From NCBI GenBank assembly GCA_039589195.1, contig JBDHHV010000017.1, positions 11,237 through 75,236 of the forward strand: 64,000 nt of DNA. Reading direction: 5' to 3'. The stretch's first letter is position 1. Each line of letters starts with the position of its first letter. The translations under genes were made by a program, and so were the position numbers. The notes under the pieces are model-generated. The model did no database searches. It was not told where the DNA came from and saw only the letters and a list, made by a program, of their open reading frames with translations. Below are positions 55,954-64,000 of the stretch, piece after piece. Source of the DNA: Gemmatimonadota bacterium. GTDB taxonomy: Bacteria; Gemmatimonadota; Gemmatimonadetes; Palauibacterales; Palauibacteraceae.

Positions 55954-58668
55954 ATGCGATGGATCCATGACCTCCTCTTCAGGCTCAGAGCGCTGCTCGT
56001 GCCGCGTTTGATGGAGCAAGAGCTGGACGACGAGATCCGTTTCCACCTGGAGATGGAGGTCGAGAAGCTCGTAGGCCAGGGGATGGGAGAGGACGAGGCC
56101 CGTCGGCTGGCTCTCAACCGTTTTGGCGCGATCGGCCGGCAGAAGGACCGAGCCCGCTGGTCCTGGGGTGTCGGGCTCGCGCGTGACCTGCAGGCAGATG
56201 TACGGCTCGTCGCCCGCCAGATGAGACGGCACCCCGGGTTTGCCGCGGGTGCCGCCCTCACCCTCGCGCTCGGCATCGGCGCGAACACCGCGATCTTCTC
56301 CATCGCCGATCAGGTGCTTCTCCGCCGCCCCGCCGTGGATGATCCGGACCGGCTCGCCGCCATCTACACGACCTGCCGCCGGGGCAGCGTCAGGTGTTCC
56401 TCCTCGTACCCCGACTTCGAGGACTACCGCGACCTTTCCCGCAGCTTCCTCGACATGGCCGCGTACAGTCCGGTACCGCTCAACGTGGGCGACCCCGAGG
56501 CCGCGCGGCTGGCGACCGGACTCCTGGTGACGGGCAACTACTTCGGACTGCTCGGAACCCGCATACACGTCGGGCGATCGATCCAGCCTTCCGACAACGA
56601 GACGGGTGCGCCCGCCCGTGTGACCGTCCTCGCGCACGGTTTCTGGCGCGACGCGTTCGGCTCCGACTTGGGGATCGTCGGCAAGACGGTGCGGTTGAAC
56701 GGGGTATCCTTCACGGTCGTTGGAGTCGCCACGGAGGGCTTCCGCGGATTGGATTTGAACGTGACGCCCGATCTGTGGCTGCCGATCCGCTCGGCCCGAG
56801 AGTTGGGACCCGCGGTCGGAGGCGCGGGAGAGGCGGACGCTGCCGAGAATCGGGGAATGCGGTGGATCGGCACGCTCGTCGGAAGACTGGGGCCAGGCGT
56901 GACGGTCCAGCGGGCGAGGGCGGATATGGATGGGCTCGCGCTGCGGTTGGGTGAGCAGTTCCCGCAAGAGCGAGCCGCGATCGACGGCGTCCGCGGGATT
57001 ACGGTCGATCCGGTGCGGGGCTACCTGCTGCCGCGTGGCTCCGAGGCCAGCTTGAAACGCTTCGTCTGGATGTTGCTCGCGGTCGTCGGTCTCAGCCTGC
57101 TACTCGCGGCGGCGAACCTGGCGAATTTGTTGCTCGCGCGCTCCACGACCCGAGGGCGAGAGATCGGGATTCGGATGGCCGTCGGGGCCGGACGCTCGCG
57201 CGTCGTTCGCCAGCTGCTCACCGAGAGTCTCGCCCTCTCACTGATCGGAGGCACCGCCGGTCTGCTGGTTGGGAAGCTCATGCTCGGGCTGCTCGGTGCC
57301 TTCCAACTTCCTGGAGCCGTCGCGATCGGCGACCTCGAGGTGGGGCTCGACACGGGCGTGCTGTTCTTCGCGCTCGGACTGTCGGTGTCGACGGCCTTCC
57401 TGTTCGGACTCGTCCCGGCGCTCCAGACGACCCGGCCGGACCTCGTGAAGGCCCTCAAGGGTGAGGTCTCACGGCGGCTCGGGAACCAGGGCCGATTGCG
57501 ACGATCCCTCGTAGCCGTGCAGATGGGCCTGTGCGTGGTTCTGTTGGTCGGATCGGGCCTCTTCATCCGGACGCTGCGAAATAGCCTGGCCACGGATCTC
57601 GGCTTCACGCACCGCTTCGTGACCACGGCACGGTTCAATCTCTCGCTCCTACGTTACTCCGAGGAGCGTGGGGTCGCCTTCGTAGACGAGCTACTCCGCC
57701 GGGTCAGGGAGATCCCGGAGGTGGAGGAGGCCAGCGTGTCGACTCTCGTCCCGTTCCAGGGCGCCGGCTTCCGTGGAATGTTCGCCGATATCGGGGGCTA
57801 CGAACCGGCACCCGACGAGGAGATCCGCCTCGACTACGTGGTGGTCGAGCCCGGCTACTTCGAGACCCTGGGTATCGGACTCGTCGAGGGGCGTGCGATC
57901 AGCGAGCGAGACTTCGAGGGATCACCAAGCGTCGTCGTGATCAATCGACACATGGCCGAGCGTTACTGGCCGGATCGAAGTGCTGTCGGAGGATCGGTCG
58001 CGTTTGCCGGTGCCGACTTCGAGTTCGAAGTGGTGGGGGTCGTGGACGACCCCGTCTGGGCTGCCGTGGGCGAGGAACCGACCCCGTTCGTCTTCCTACC
58101 GCTGGCGCAGAGACCGAGCTTCTCGACGAGTTTTCTCACCCTGGTGGCTCGTGGGAGCGGTGACCCACGAGGATTGTCGCCGAGCATCAGAGACCAGTTC
58201 CTGGTCCTGGATCCCGATCTCTCTCTCACGGAACTCCGCCCGTTGAGTGAGCAGGTGGGTGACGCGCTGATGCCTCAGCGGATGGGTACGGTGCTTCTCG
58301 GCATGTTGGGGGGCCTGGCGCTGCTCCTGGCGGCGGTGGGCATCTACGGAGTGGTGAGCTACAGCGTCCGGCGCCGCGCACGGGACATCGGGATCCGGAT
58401 CGCGGTCGGGGCTTCCGCCGCGGCCATCCGTCGGACCGTGGTCCTGGAAATGGCCATCCCGGTCCTCGCGGGGCTGGTCGGGGGTGCGGCGGTCGCACTC
58501 GGGCTCTCGCGGACGATCGAGACGTTCATGTTCGGGGTCAGCCCCAACGACCCGCTCACGTTCGTCGCCATAACAGCTCTCCTCGTAGTCGTGGCGTTGG
58601 TCGCGACGCTGATCCCCGCTCGCTGGGCAAGCCGACTGGACCCCATGCGGGTCCTCACGGTCGAATAA
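55954..58668 (+). CDS. ADOP-type orphan MacB-like permease with 'permease prefix' (ELDDEIRFHL) N-terminal domain
   Basis: ELDDEIRFHLEMEVE...[60 protein letters not shown]. Confidence 0.92.
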   Translation: MRWIHDLLFRLRALLVPRLMEQELDDEIRFHLEMEVEKLVGQGMGEDEARRLALNRFGAIGRQKDRARWSWGVGLARDLQADVRLVARQMRRHPGFAAGAALTLALGIGANTAIFSIADQVLLRRPAVDDPDRLAAIYTTCRRGSVRCSSSYPDFEDYRDLSRSFLDMAAYSPVPLNVGDPEAARLATGLLVTGNYFGLLGTRIHVGRSIQPSDNETGAPARVTVLAHGFWRDAFGSDLGIVGKTVRLNGVSFTVVGVATEGFRGLDLNVTPDLWLPIRSARELGPAVGGAGEADAAENRGMRWIGTLVGRLGPGVTVQRARADMDGLALRLGEQFPQERAAIDGVRGITVDPVRGYLLPRGSEASLKRFVWMLLAVVGLSLLLAAANLANLLLARSTTRGREIGIRMAVGAGRSRVVRQLLTESLALSLIGGTAGLLVGKLMLGLLGAFQLPGAVAIGDLEVGLDTGVLFFALGLSVSTAFLFGLVPALQTTRPDLVKALKGEVSRRLGNQGRLRRSLVAVQMGLCVVLLVGSGLFIRTLRNSLATDLGFTHRFVTTARFNLSLLRYSEERGVAFVDELLRRVREIPEVEEASVSTLVPFQGAGFRGMFADIGGYEPAPDEEIRLDYVVVEPGYFETLGIGLVEGRAISERDFEGSPSVVVINRHMAERYWPDRSAVGGSVAFAGADFEFEVVGVVDDPVWAAVGEEPTPFVFLPLAQRPSFSTSFLTLVARGSGDPRGLSPSIRDQFLVLDPDLSLTELRPLSEQVGDALMPQRMGTVLLGMLGGLALLLAAVGIYGVVSYSVRRRARDIGIRIAVGASAAAIRRTVVLEMAIPVLAGLVGGAAVALGLSRTIETFMFGVSPNDPLTFVAITALLVVVALVATLIPARWASRLDPMRVLTVE

Positions 58669-58793
58669 TCATCAGGCGCTGTGGGACCGTGTGCGGGTTC
58701 TTGCGGCCGAACGACTCCGCCGCTCTCTTTGCGGAGTCCGCATTCAAGTGGTTCTTGCCGCTGTGTCCTGCCACACCCACAGGAGGTAGACGT

Positions 58794-59582
58794 ATGAAGA
58801 GGCTGGCTTCCTCGTTTCTCGTGGTTGCCGCACTGCTCGTCGCGGGAGTGCTTCCCGCGCAGGCCCAAGAAGAGGCCCCCACCCTGGTGTCCGTCGGTAC
58901 GCTGAGCGTCACCCCGGCCCACTCAGCACAGTTCGGCGAGCTGGTCGCGAAGGTGGTCGAGGCGGCGAAAATGTCCGATCTGGACGCCAAGTACAGGTGG
59001 GCGGTCTACCAGGAAGGCAACAAGTTTCGCTTCGTCACGTGGCCCGAGAATTGGGCGAGCCTGGATGACCAGGGTGCCTGGGTCCGTGAGGTCGGAGCCG
59101 GCGAAGGCGGCGCCATGATGCAGGAGGCGTTCGCCGAGTTCGAGGAGCTCTGGGTAACCTCGGAGTCGCACATGGCCGGCATGGTCGAGGAGTGGAGCTA
59201 CGTGCCGGAGGACGGGCTCCAGGCCGGCGACCACACGGGCGCCGTGGTCTTCCAGACGTGGGTCCGCCCCGGAATGGCCGAGGCGTACAGTGAGAACACG
59301 GCCGGCATCATGACGCTGATGGGGGAGATCGGCTTCCCCTACCCGATCTACGGCCACCGGGTGCTGCTCGGTGATGAGAACCTCACCTACTTCGTCGTGC
59401 TGCACGATGGGCTGAGCGACTTCTATGGCGAAAAGAGCTTCGGCGCTTTCATCGAGGCGGCCGGAGTCGGTGAGGAATGGGCCGCGCATTTCGAGGCCCG
59501 GAACGAGCTGGTCTACGCGACCGACACCTGGCAGTCCACCTGGCGCCAGGACATGAGCTACCTGCCGGACGACGGCTCGTGA
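58794..59582 (+). CDS. Secreted hypothetical protein, probable duplicated dimeric alpha/beta-barrel (NIPSNAP-like) fold
   Basis: AGGAGG RBS, signal peptide ending AQA. Two roughly 110-aa halves with alternating beta/helix pattern, each ending W.../TWRQDMSY-like. Confidence 0.55.
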   Translation: MKRLASSFLVVAALLVAGVLPAQAQEEAPTLVSVGTLSVTPAHSAQFGELVAKVVEAAKMSDLDAKYRWAVYQEGNKFRFVTWPENWASLDDQGAWVREVGAGEGGAMMQEAFAEFEELWVTSESHMAGMVEEWSYVPEDGLQAGDHTGAVVFQTWVRPGMAEAYSENTAGIMTLMGEIGFPYPIYGHRVLLGDENLTYFVVLHDGLSDFYGEKSFGAFIEAAGVGEEWAAHFEARNELVYATDTWQSTWRQDMSYLPDDGS

Positions 59583-59758
59583 CCTAGCCGCGTCGGCGCC
59601 TCGGGGTCCCACCTCGAGGCGACGGGTGTCGCCATACGAGGGCGAGGTCGCGACGCGCGGCCTCGCCCTTCTTCGCATCGCCATCCACAGCGAAGGAACG
59701 TCTGTCCCCATCCGGGCGTTGTTGGGTTGAACCAGCCACAGGAGACAGGAGGCAAGCC

Positions 59759-60196
59759 ATGAAGCCAATCGCGTCCGCCCTCGGTGTCGGAGCCGTCCTT
59801 TTCTTTGCCGCGTGCGGAGGAGGCGGCGGCGGTGGCCCGGCCGGAGGAGGCAACCCACCGCCCCCACCACCCCCACCACCGACTCCACCCCCGCCGGGAG
59901 CCAACGTCGTGATCGACATCATCGACAACGCGTTCGTGGCCCCGAACGGCGACAGGAACGATGACATCGAAATCACCATCAACTCGGGTGACACCGTCGG
60001 GTTCACGCATAACGGTGCCGTGGCCCATACGGTGACCTTCACCACGAGGGCGCCGGGTTCGACGGGGGCGACGAACTCAGGCACGATGAATCGTGGAAGT
60101 ACCCATTCCGTGACGCTGAGCACGCCCGGCACCTACGTGCTTCGGTGCGACTTCCACCCGGGCATCATGCGTGACGTCACCATCATCGTGACCTGA
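59759..60196 (+). CDS. Blue-copper (cupredoxin) lipoprotein with Gly/Pro-rich tether
   Basis: Lipobox FAAC, G7/P-rich linker. Type-1 Cu ligands AHTVT and CDFHPGIM (C-x2-H-x3-M). Confidence 0.88.
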   Translation: MKPIASALGVGAVLFFAACGGGGGGGPAGGGNPPPPPPPPPTPPPPGANVVIDIIDNAFVAPNGDRNDDIEITINSGDTVGFTHNGAVAHTVTFTTRAPGSTGATNSGTMNRGSTHSVTLSTPGTYVLRCDFHPGIMRDVTIIVT

Positions 60197-60270
60197 CGCG
60201 GCAGCCGCTCCCCCGGGTCGCGCGGGCATGACCGCACGACCCGGCCGAACGGCCCACCCGAGGACCGACC

Positions 60271-60741
60271 ATGCGAGTTCTGCATCCGCTCTTCGTGCAC
60301 CTTCACATCGCGTTTCTTCTCATGGCTTTCGCGTCCATGTACACGTGGCTCTTCCGTGGATTGGCGACGAGCGTGTTCGAGGACCGCCTGTACCGCTTCT
60401 CTCGCACGAATACCTGGCTGGGGGTCATCACCGTCGCGCTCTCGATGGTGTTCGGGGTTCGGGACGGGTTCGCCGGTTCGATCACGCGCTTCGACAGCGG
60501 CGTGGGAGGCTGGCTCGTGCTGAAGGTGGGACTCGCGGTCGTGTTGCTGGCCGTGTACGGGCTCTTCCTGTATAAGAGCGGGCGGAAGAAGAGCTACTTG
60601 CAGGAGGACCGACGGGTCATGCTCTGGTGCCTCGGTACACAGGCGGTCGGCATCGTCATCGTGGCGATCATCACCACGATCGGAACCATGCTCGTCTACT
60701 ACCAGGACCGATTGCCGGGCTTCCCGGGACCCCCGTGGTGA
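60271..60741 (+). CDS. DUF2231-like 4-TM membrane protein (putative heme b binding)
   Basis: LHPLFVHLHIAF motif, four hydrophobic segments. Stop overlaps the next start (GTGA). Confidence 0.65.
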   Translation: MRVLHPLFVHLHIAFLLMAFASMYTWLFRGLATSVFEDRLYRFSRTNTWLGVITVALSMVFGVRDGFAGSITRFDSGVGGWLVLKVGLAVVLLAVYGLFLYKSGRKKSYLQEDRRVMLWCLGTQAVGIVIVAIITTIGTMLVYYQDRLPGFPGPPW

Positions 60742-62009
60742 CCGCGAGGCGGAAGCCGGCTCGCGTCGCCATTTTGGGCGGTGGGTTCGGGGGCCTGTAC
60801 GCGGCCAGTTACTTGAGCGCGGCGGACCTCCCGGAAGACGCTGTCGAGGTGACGCTCGTTTCGGACGCGAACCACTTCACCTTCACCCCACTCCTCGCCG
60901 AGGTGGTCGCGGGCAACCTCGGCCAGGAGCACGTCACGGTGCCATATCGGGTCCTGGGGCGGCGTCGGGGATTCCGCTTCGTCAGGGGAGAGGTCGAGGG
61001 AGTCGACCCGAGGTCCGGGACGGCGTTCACGTCCGCCGGACCCGTACACTTCGACTACGCGGTCGTCGCGCTGGGGGCGCGCCCGCGGTACTTCGGCAAC
61101 GAGGAGCTACGGCGCGAGAGTCTTCCGTTTACATCCGTCACCGACGCGACAGTCATCCGCAACCGGATCCTGGAGGCGGCCGAGCGAGCCGATGCGGAGC
61201 GGAGTGCGAGCCGGAAGCGCCAGCTGCTCACGTTCGCGGTGGTAGGGGCGGGCCCGGCCGGTGTCGAAGTGGCCAGCGAGATCCTGCACCTGCTGACCGG
61301 CGTCCTTCCGCGCTACTACGATCTCGGGAGCGAGCCCCGGGTCATCCTGCTGGACGGGGGAGATCGGATTCTGCGCGGGTGGGATGAGGAGCTTGCCGCA
61401 CGCGGTCAGGATGAGCTTCGCCGGCGGGGGATCGATCTGCGGTTGTCGACCACGGTGGGTGGCTTCGACGGGCGGATCGTGACGGCGCGGGGGCCGGATG
61501 GCGACTCGACCCTCGAGGCCGGCGCGTTGATTTGGGCCGCGGGCACCGCCCCCGCGACGGGTGGTTGGGTCGACTCCCTCCTGCCGCGGGCCGCCTCGGG
61601 GCACCTTGCCGTGGAGCCAACGCTGGCGCTGAACGGGGCGGAGAACATCTTCGCCGCGGGGGATGTGGCTCGCCTGGCCAACCCTCGCACCCAAGAGCCC
61701 TACGCGCCCGTCGCGCCGATCGCGATCAGCCAGGGGGTCAGGGCAGCCGGGAACATCGAGAACTCGATTGCCGGCCGGCCGGTTGAAGAGTACCGGGCGC
61801 ATCACGCCGGGAAGATCATCTCGCTGGGTAGCGGTGTAGCGCTCGTCGACCTGCTCGGGCTACAAATCCGTGGCAGACCGGCGTGGATGCTCTACCGAGG
61901 CGCGTACCTGCTCAAGCTCGTCGGAACCAAGAACAAGCTCCGGACCGGTGTGACCCTGCTCTTGAACCGGATCTTCGAGCGGGACCTCAGCCTGGTAAGC
62001 GCGGACTGA
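60738..62009 (+). CDS. NDH-2-like (type II NADH dehydrogenase) FAD-dependent oxidoreductase
   Basis: ILGGGFGG, FTFTPLLAEV, VVGAGPAGVEVA, LIWAAG, FAAGD, SLGSG.A, W..YR..YL. Quinone-site motif reads APIAISQ. Confidence 0.88.
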   Translation: MTARRKPARVAILGGGFGGLYAASYLSAADLPEDAVEVTLVSDANHFTFTPLLAEVVAGNLGQEHVTVPYRVLGRRRGFRFVRGEVEGVDPRSGTAFTSAGPVHFDYAVVALGARPRYFGNEELRRESLPFTSVTDATVIRNRILEAAERADAERSASRKRQLLTFAVVGAGPAGVEVASEILHLLTGVLPRYYDLGSEPRVILLDGGDRILRGWDEELAARGQDELRRRGIDLRLSTTVGGFDGRIVTARGPDGDSTLEAGALIWAAGTAPATGGWVDSLLPRAASGHLAVEPTLALNGAENIFAAGDVARLANPRTQEPYAPVAPIAISQGVRAAGNIENSIAGRPVEEYRAHHAGKIISLGSGVALVDLLGLQIRGRPAWMLYRGAYLLKLVGTKNKLRTGVTLLLNRIFERDLSLVSAD

Positions 62010-62031
62010 GGGCGGCCGCTCGCGCGGGCAC

Positions 62032-63189
62032 CTACCCCTCCACCACCACGACGCCCTTCATGAACGGGTGCGGGACACAGTGGTAGGGGAATTCGCCCAC
62101 CGCGTCGAAAGTGTGCTCCCAGGTCTCGCCGGGACCGATCAGGGCGGAGCCCCAGTCACCATCGTCGGAGGTCGCGGTGTGACCCACCGGGTCCTTGTTC
62201 ACCCAACGCACGGTAGTACCCGCCGGAATGCGGATCTCCTTGTCACGAAAGGCGAGCTGGGACATCTCGACTTCCACGACACGCTTCCCGGGTGACTCCT
62301 GGAGGGCCTCGGGTGATCGTAGCTCATCCGGCTTGAAGATCTTCCCCCAGCGCGCGAAGCCGCTGAACGGGACGGTGAACTCGAATCCCCAGAAGACGGA
62401 CGCGCCGAATCCCTCGGGAACGAACGTTCCCGAGCCCGCGGATACTCCGGCCAGCGTCCCGCTCGTCACGTTCGTCGCCATGATCGAGAGGGTATGCGGC
62501 GTGAACGGGATCCCGAGGTTCAGGCCTGCGCTCCAGGCCACGTCCCCCTCCGGACCGGCGACCAGATCCGCGACATCCGCGGCGATCGTCACGTACCGGT
62601 TCACCTTGACCCCGATCCCCCCGGCGAGCGCCAGAGCTTCGTCGTCGACTCCGTCCGGGAAGTCGTAGATGTCCGAGAACCCACGCACCGCACCACTCAA
62701 CAGGACGGGGCCCGCGCGTGTCTCGGCGGCCAACTCGCCATCCAGGCTCTGCTTGGCGCCGTTCCAGGCCCCCGTGACCGCGAGCGAGAACAGACCGTCG
62801 CCGGCTCCGCGCAGGGGGGCGAACTTCACGTACGGCTGCCACTCGTTGATGAGGCGGGCCCCCGGCGAGTTGCTGCTGTAACGAAACCCCGCCATGGCAC
62901 CGTCGAAGAGCCCCACCGAAAGATCGAACGTCGGGTAGTTCACGATCTTCCCGTCCCCGCCGAAGATGTCGGAGATGTCCGCATCGTCTCCAGCCATCTC
63001 GAAGCGGTGCGCGAACTGGAAGTTCAGCGTTCCGGGCGAGGAGACCCAGGCGCCGGACAGGTTCGGCGTCCGCTCCGTCAGCGGCTGCGCGGGCGCGACG
63101 GAAGGGGCCGTAAGGAGCGTACCCAGCAGCAGAAGCGCCACTCGGCCGCCGAGACCGTGCGAGATCCGATCAGCGGGCGTCCTTTCCAT
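62032..63189 (-). CDS. Secreted beta-barrel (DUF5777-like) fused to a C-terminal amicyanin-like blue-copper domain
   Basis: Signal peptide, GTLNFQFAHRF and amphipathic beta strands, then AGTTVRWVNKD..GHTATS...YHCVPHPFMKG (C-x2-H-x2-M, as in amicyanin CTPHPFM). Confidence 0.75.
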   Translation of the reverse strand: MERTPADRISHGLGGRVALLLLGTLLTAPSVAPAQPLTERTPNLSGAWVSSPGTLNFQFAHRFEMAGDDADISDIFGGDGKIVNYPTFDLSVGLFDGAMAGFRYSSNSPGARLINEWQPYVKFAPLRGAGDGLFSLAVTGAWNGAKQSLDGELAAETRAGPVLLSGAVRGFSDIYDFPDGVDDEALALAGGIGVKVNRYVTIAADVADLVAGPEGDVAWSAGLNLGIPFTPHTLSIMATNVTSGTLAGVSAGSGTFVPEGFGASVFWGFEFTVPFSGFARWGKIFKPDELRSPEALQESPGKRVVEVEMSQLAFRDKEIRIPAGTTVRWVNKDPVGHTATSDDGDWGSALIGPGETWEHTFDAVGEFPYHCVPHPFMKGVVVVEG

Positions 63190-63378
63190 GCCGCGGCTCC
63201 TTTGTTCTCGGTGGGTAAAGCCCGTTCAGATGGGACGGGCCCTACTGAGAGAAGTCGCAGAGGGCGGGTGTGGTTCCTGGCAGGCTGCCGAAGAGCTCCG
63301 GTGCGGCCGCGCGCGGACCCACCTGCGGTGGGTGCCCCTCTTGCGGAGGTCAGACAAGGAACGAGGAGGAGTCGATGC

Positions 63379-63924
63379 CTACCTGGACCACGGAGGGACG
63401 ATGCCGTTCATCCGCGCGTACGCCACGGACTGCCCGACATGCTCGTTCATGTGGGAGAGGAGCTGGAACAGGACCGCCCAACCCGCGACCTCACGACCGT
63501 AGAGGATAGTGCTCGCCGTCAGATCCTTCTCGGTCATGCGGGTCACCGACTCGCGCACATGCTCCGTCGAGCGCTGGTAGATCTCGAGAACCCGGGTCTT
63601 GTCCATGATCGCCTCCAGCTCCGACATCTCGATCCCGTCCGGGACCGCGATGCCGAGCGAGGTATCGAGGTAGAGGTAGTTGTATCGGGCGAGGTGCATG
63701 TACACCTGCGCGATGTGCATCACGCCTTCCATCGGGCTCCACCGGTACAGGTCCTCCGGGACCGCTTCCGCCAACGCCATGATCTTGCCGCTCGACCGGG
63801 CAAAGTGCTGCAGGAACTCATCGCGATAGTCGGTGGGCGCGCTCTGGGCCTGGGCTACCTGAGCGGTTTGAGCCATCAGGACGAGAGCGAGGGCGAGTCC
63901 GCGCGCGTGTCTCGCGTAGGGCAT
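63379..63924 (-). CDS. Secreted DinB/YfiT-family protein
   Basis: Signal peptide ending AQA, LAEAVPE..Y.WSP, MHLARYN, HMNEHVGQ..AYARMNGIVPPWS. Confidence 0.88.
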   Translation of the reverse strand: MPYARHARGLALALVLMAQTAQVAQAQSAPTDYRDEFLQHFARSSGKIMALAEAVPEDLYRWSPMEGVMHIAQVYMHLARYNYLYLDTSLGIAVPDGIEMSELEAIMDKTRVLEIYQRSTEHVRESVTRMTEKDLTASTILYGREVAGWAVLFQLLSHMNEHVGQSVAYARMNGIVPPWSR

Positions 63925-64000
63925 GGGAGATCCTCCAGGTCGGTGAACGTTCGGAGCGAGGTCCAAGTGTGCCCGGTTCGCGACCGGTCCGCGAGTGGCC

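Noticed and set aside
59815-59900. GGC/CCA-rich tandem-like tract as a repeat array or CRISPR
   Set aside because: It encodes the Gly/Pro linker of the cupredoxin lipoprotein; no spacer-repeat structure.
1-64000. tRNA/rRNA, CRISPR-Cas, transposase/integrase, prophage, recognisable anti-phage defence genes
   Set aside because: No tRNA arm motifs, repeat-spacer arrays, DDE/tyrosine recombinase or nuclease motifs seen by eye. tRNAscan, Infernal and DefenseFinder runs would be needed to exclude them fully.

Overview
GC-rich bacterial chromosomal window with about 50 protein-coding genes. I found no rRNA, tRNA, CRISPR array, transposase or phage gene. The gene repertoire (PadR plus orphan MacB-like 'ADOP' permeases, two DUF5916/CBM9 barrels, a choice-of-anchor B protein, a TIGR02999-type ECF sigma, many secreted peptidases and TPR proteins) suggests Gemmatimonadota or a related Acidobacteriota-like heterotroph; this is an inference from gene families only. 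Five candidate systems stand out. (1) A Tat-exported xanthine-oxidase-family Mo/FAD/[4Fe-4S]/[2Fe-2S] dehydrogenase operon that also encodes an FdnI-like di-heme cytochrome b and a translationally coupled unknown protein (19.1-24.6 kb). (2) A copper-based envelope redox module: blue-copper lipoprotein, DUF2231-like membrane protein, NDH-2-like flavoprotein with an altered quinone motif, and a beta-barrel fused to an amicyanin-like domain (59.8-63.2 kb). (3) A bacterial protein closely resembling the eukaryotic sphingolipid delta-4 desaturase DEGS1 (10.1-11.2 kb). (4) A TerB-like-repeat/dodecin fusion next to arsR-acr3 (16.7-19.0 kb). (5) Three ATPase-less MacB-like permeases whose N-terminal extension type tracks the type of PadR beside them. 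Three genes are broken by frameshifts (5638, about 13820, about 53390). Several operator-like palindromes and terminators are visible. All family assignments come from motif recognition by eye; no database search was run.
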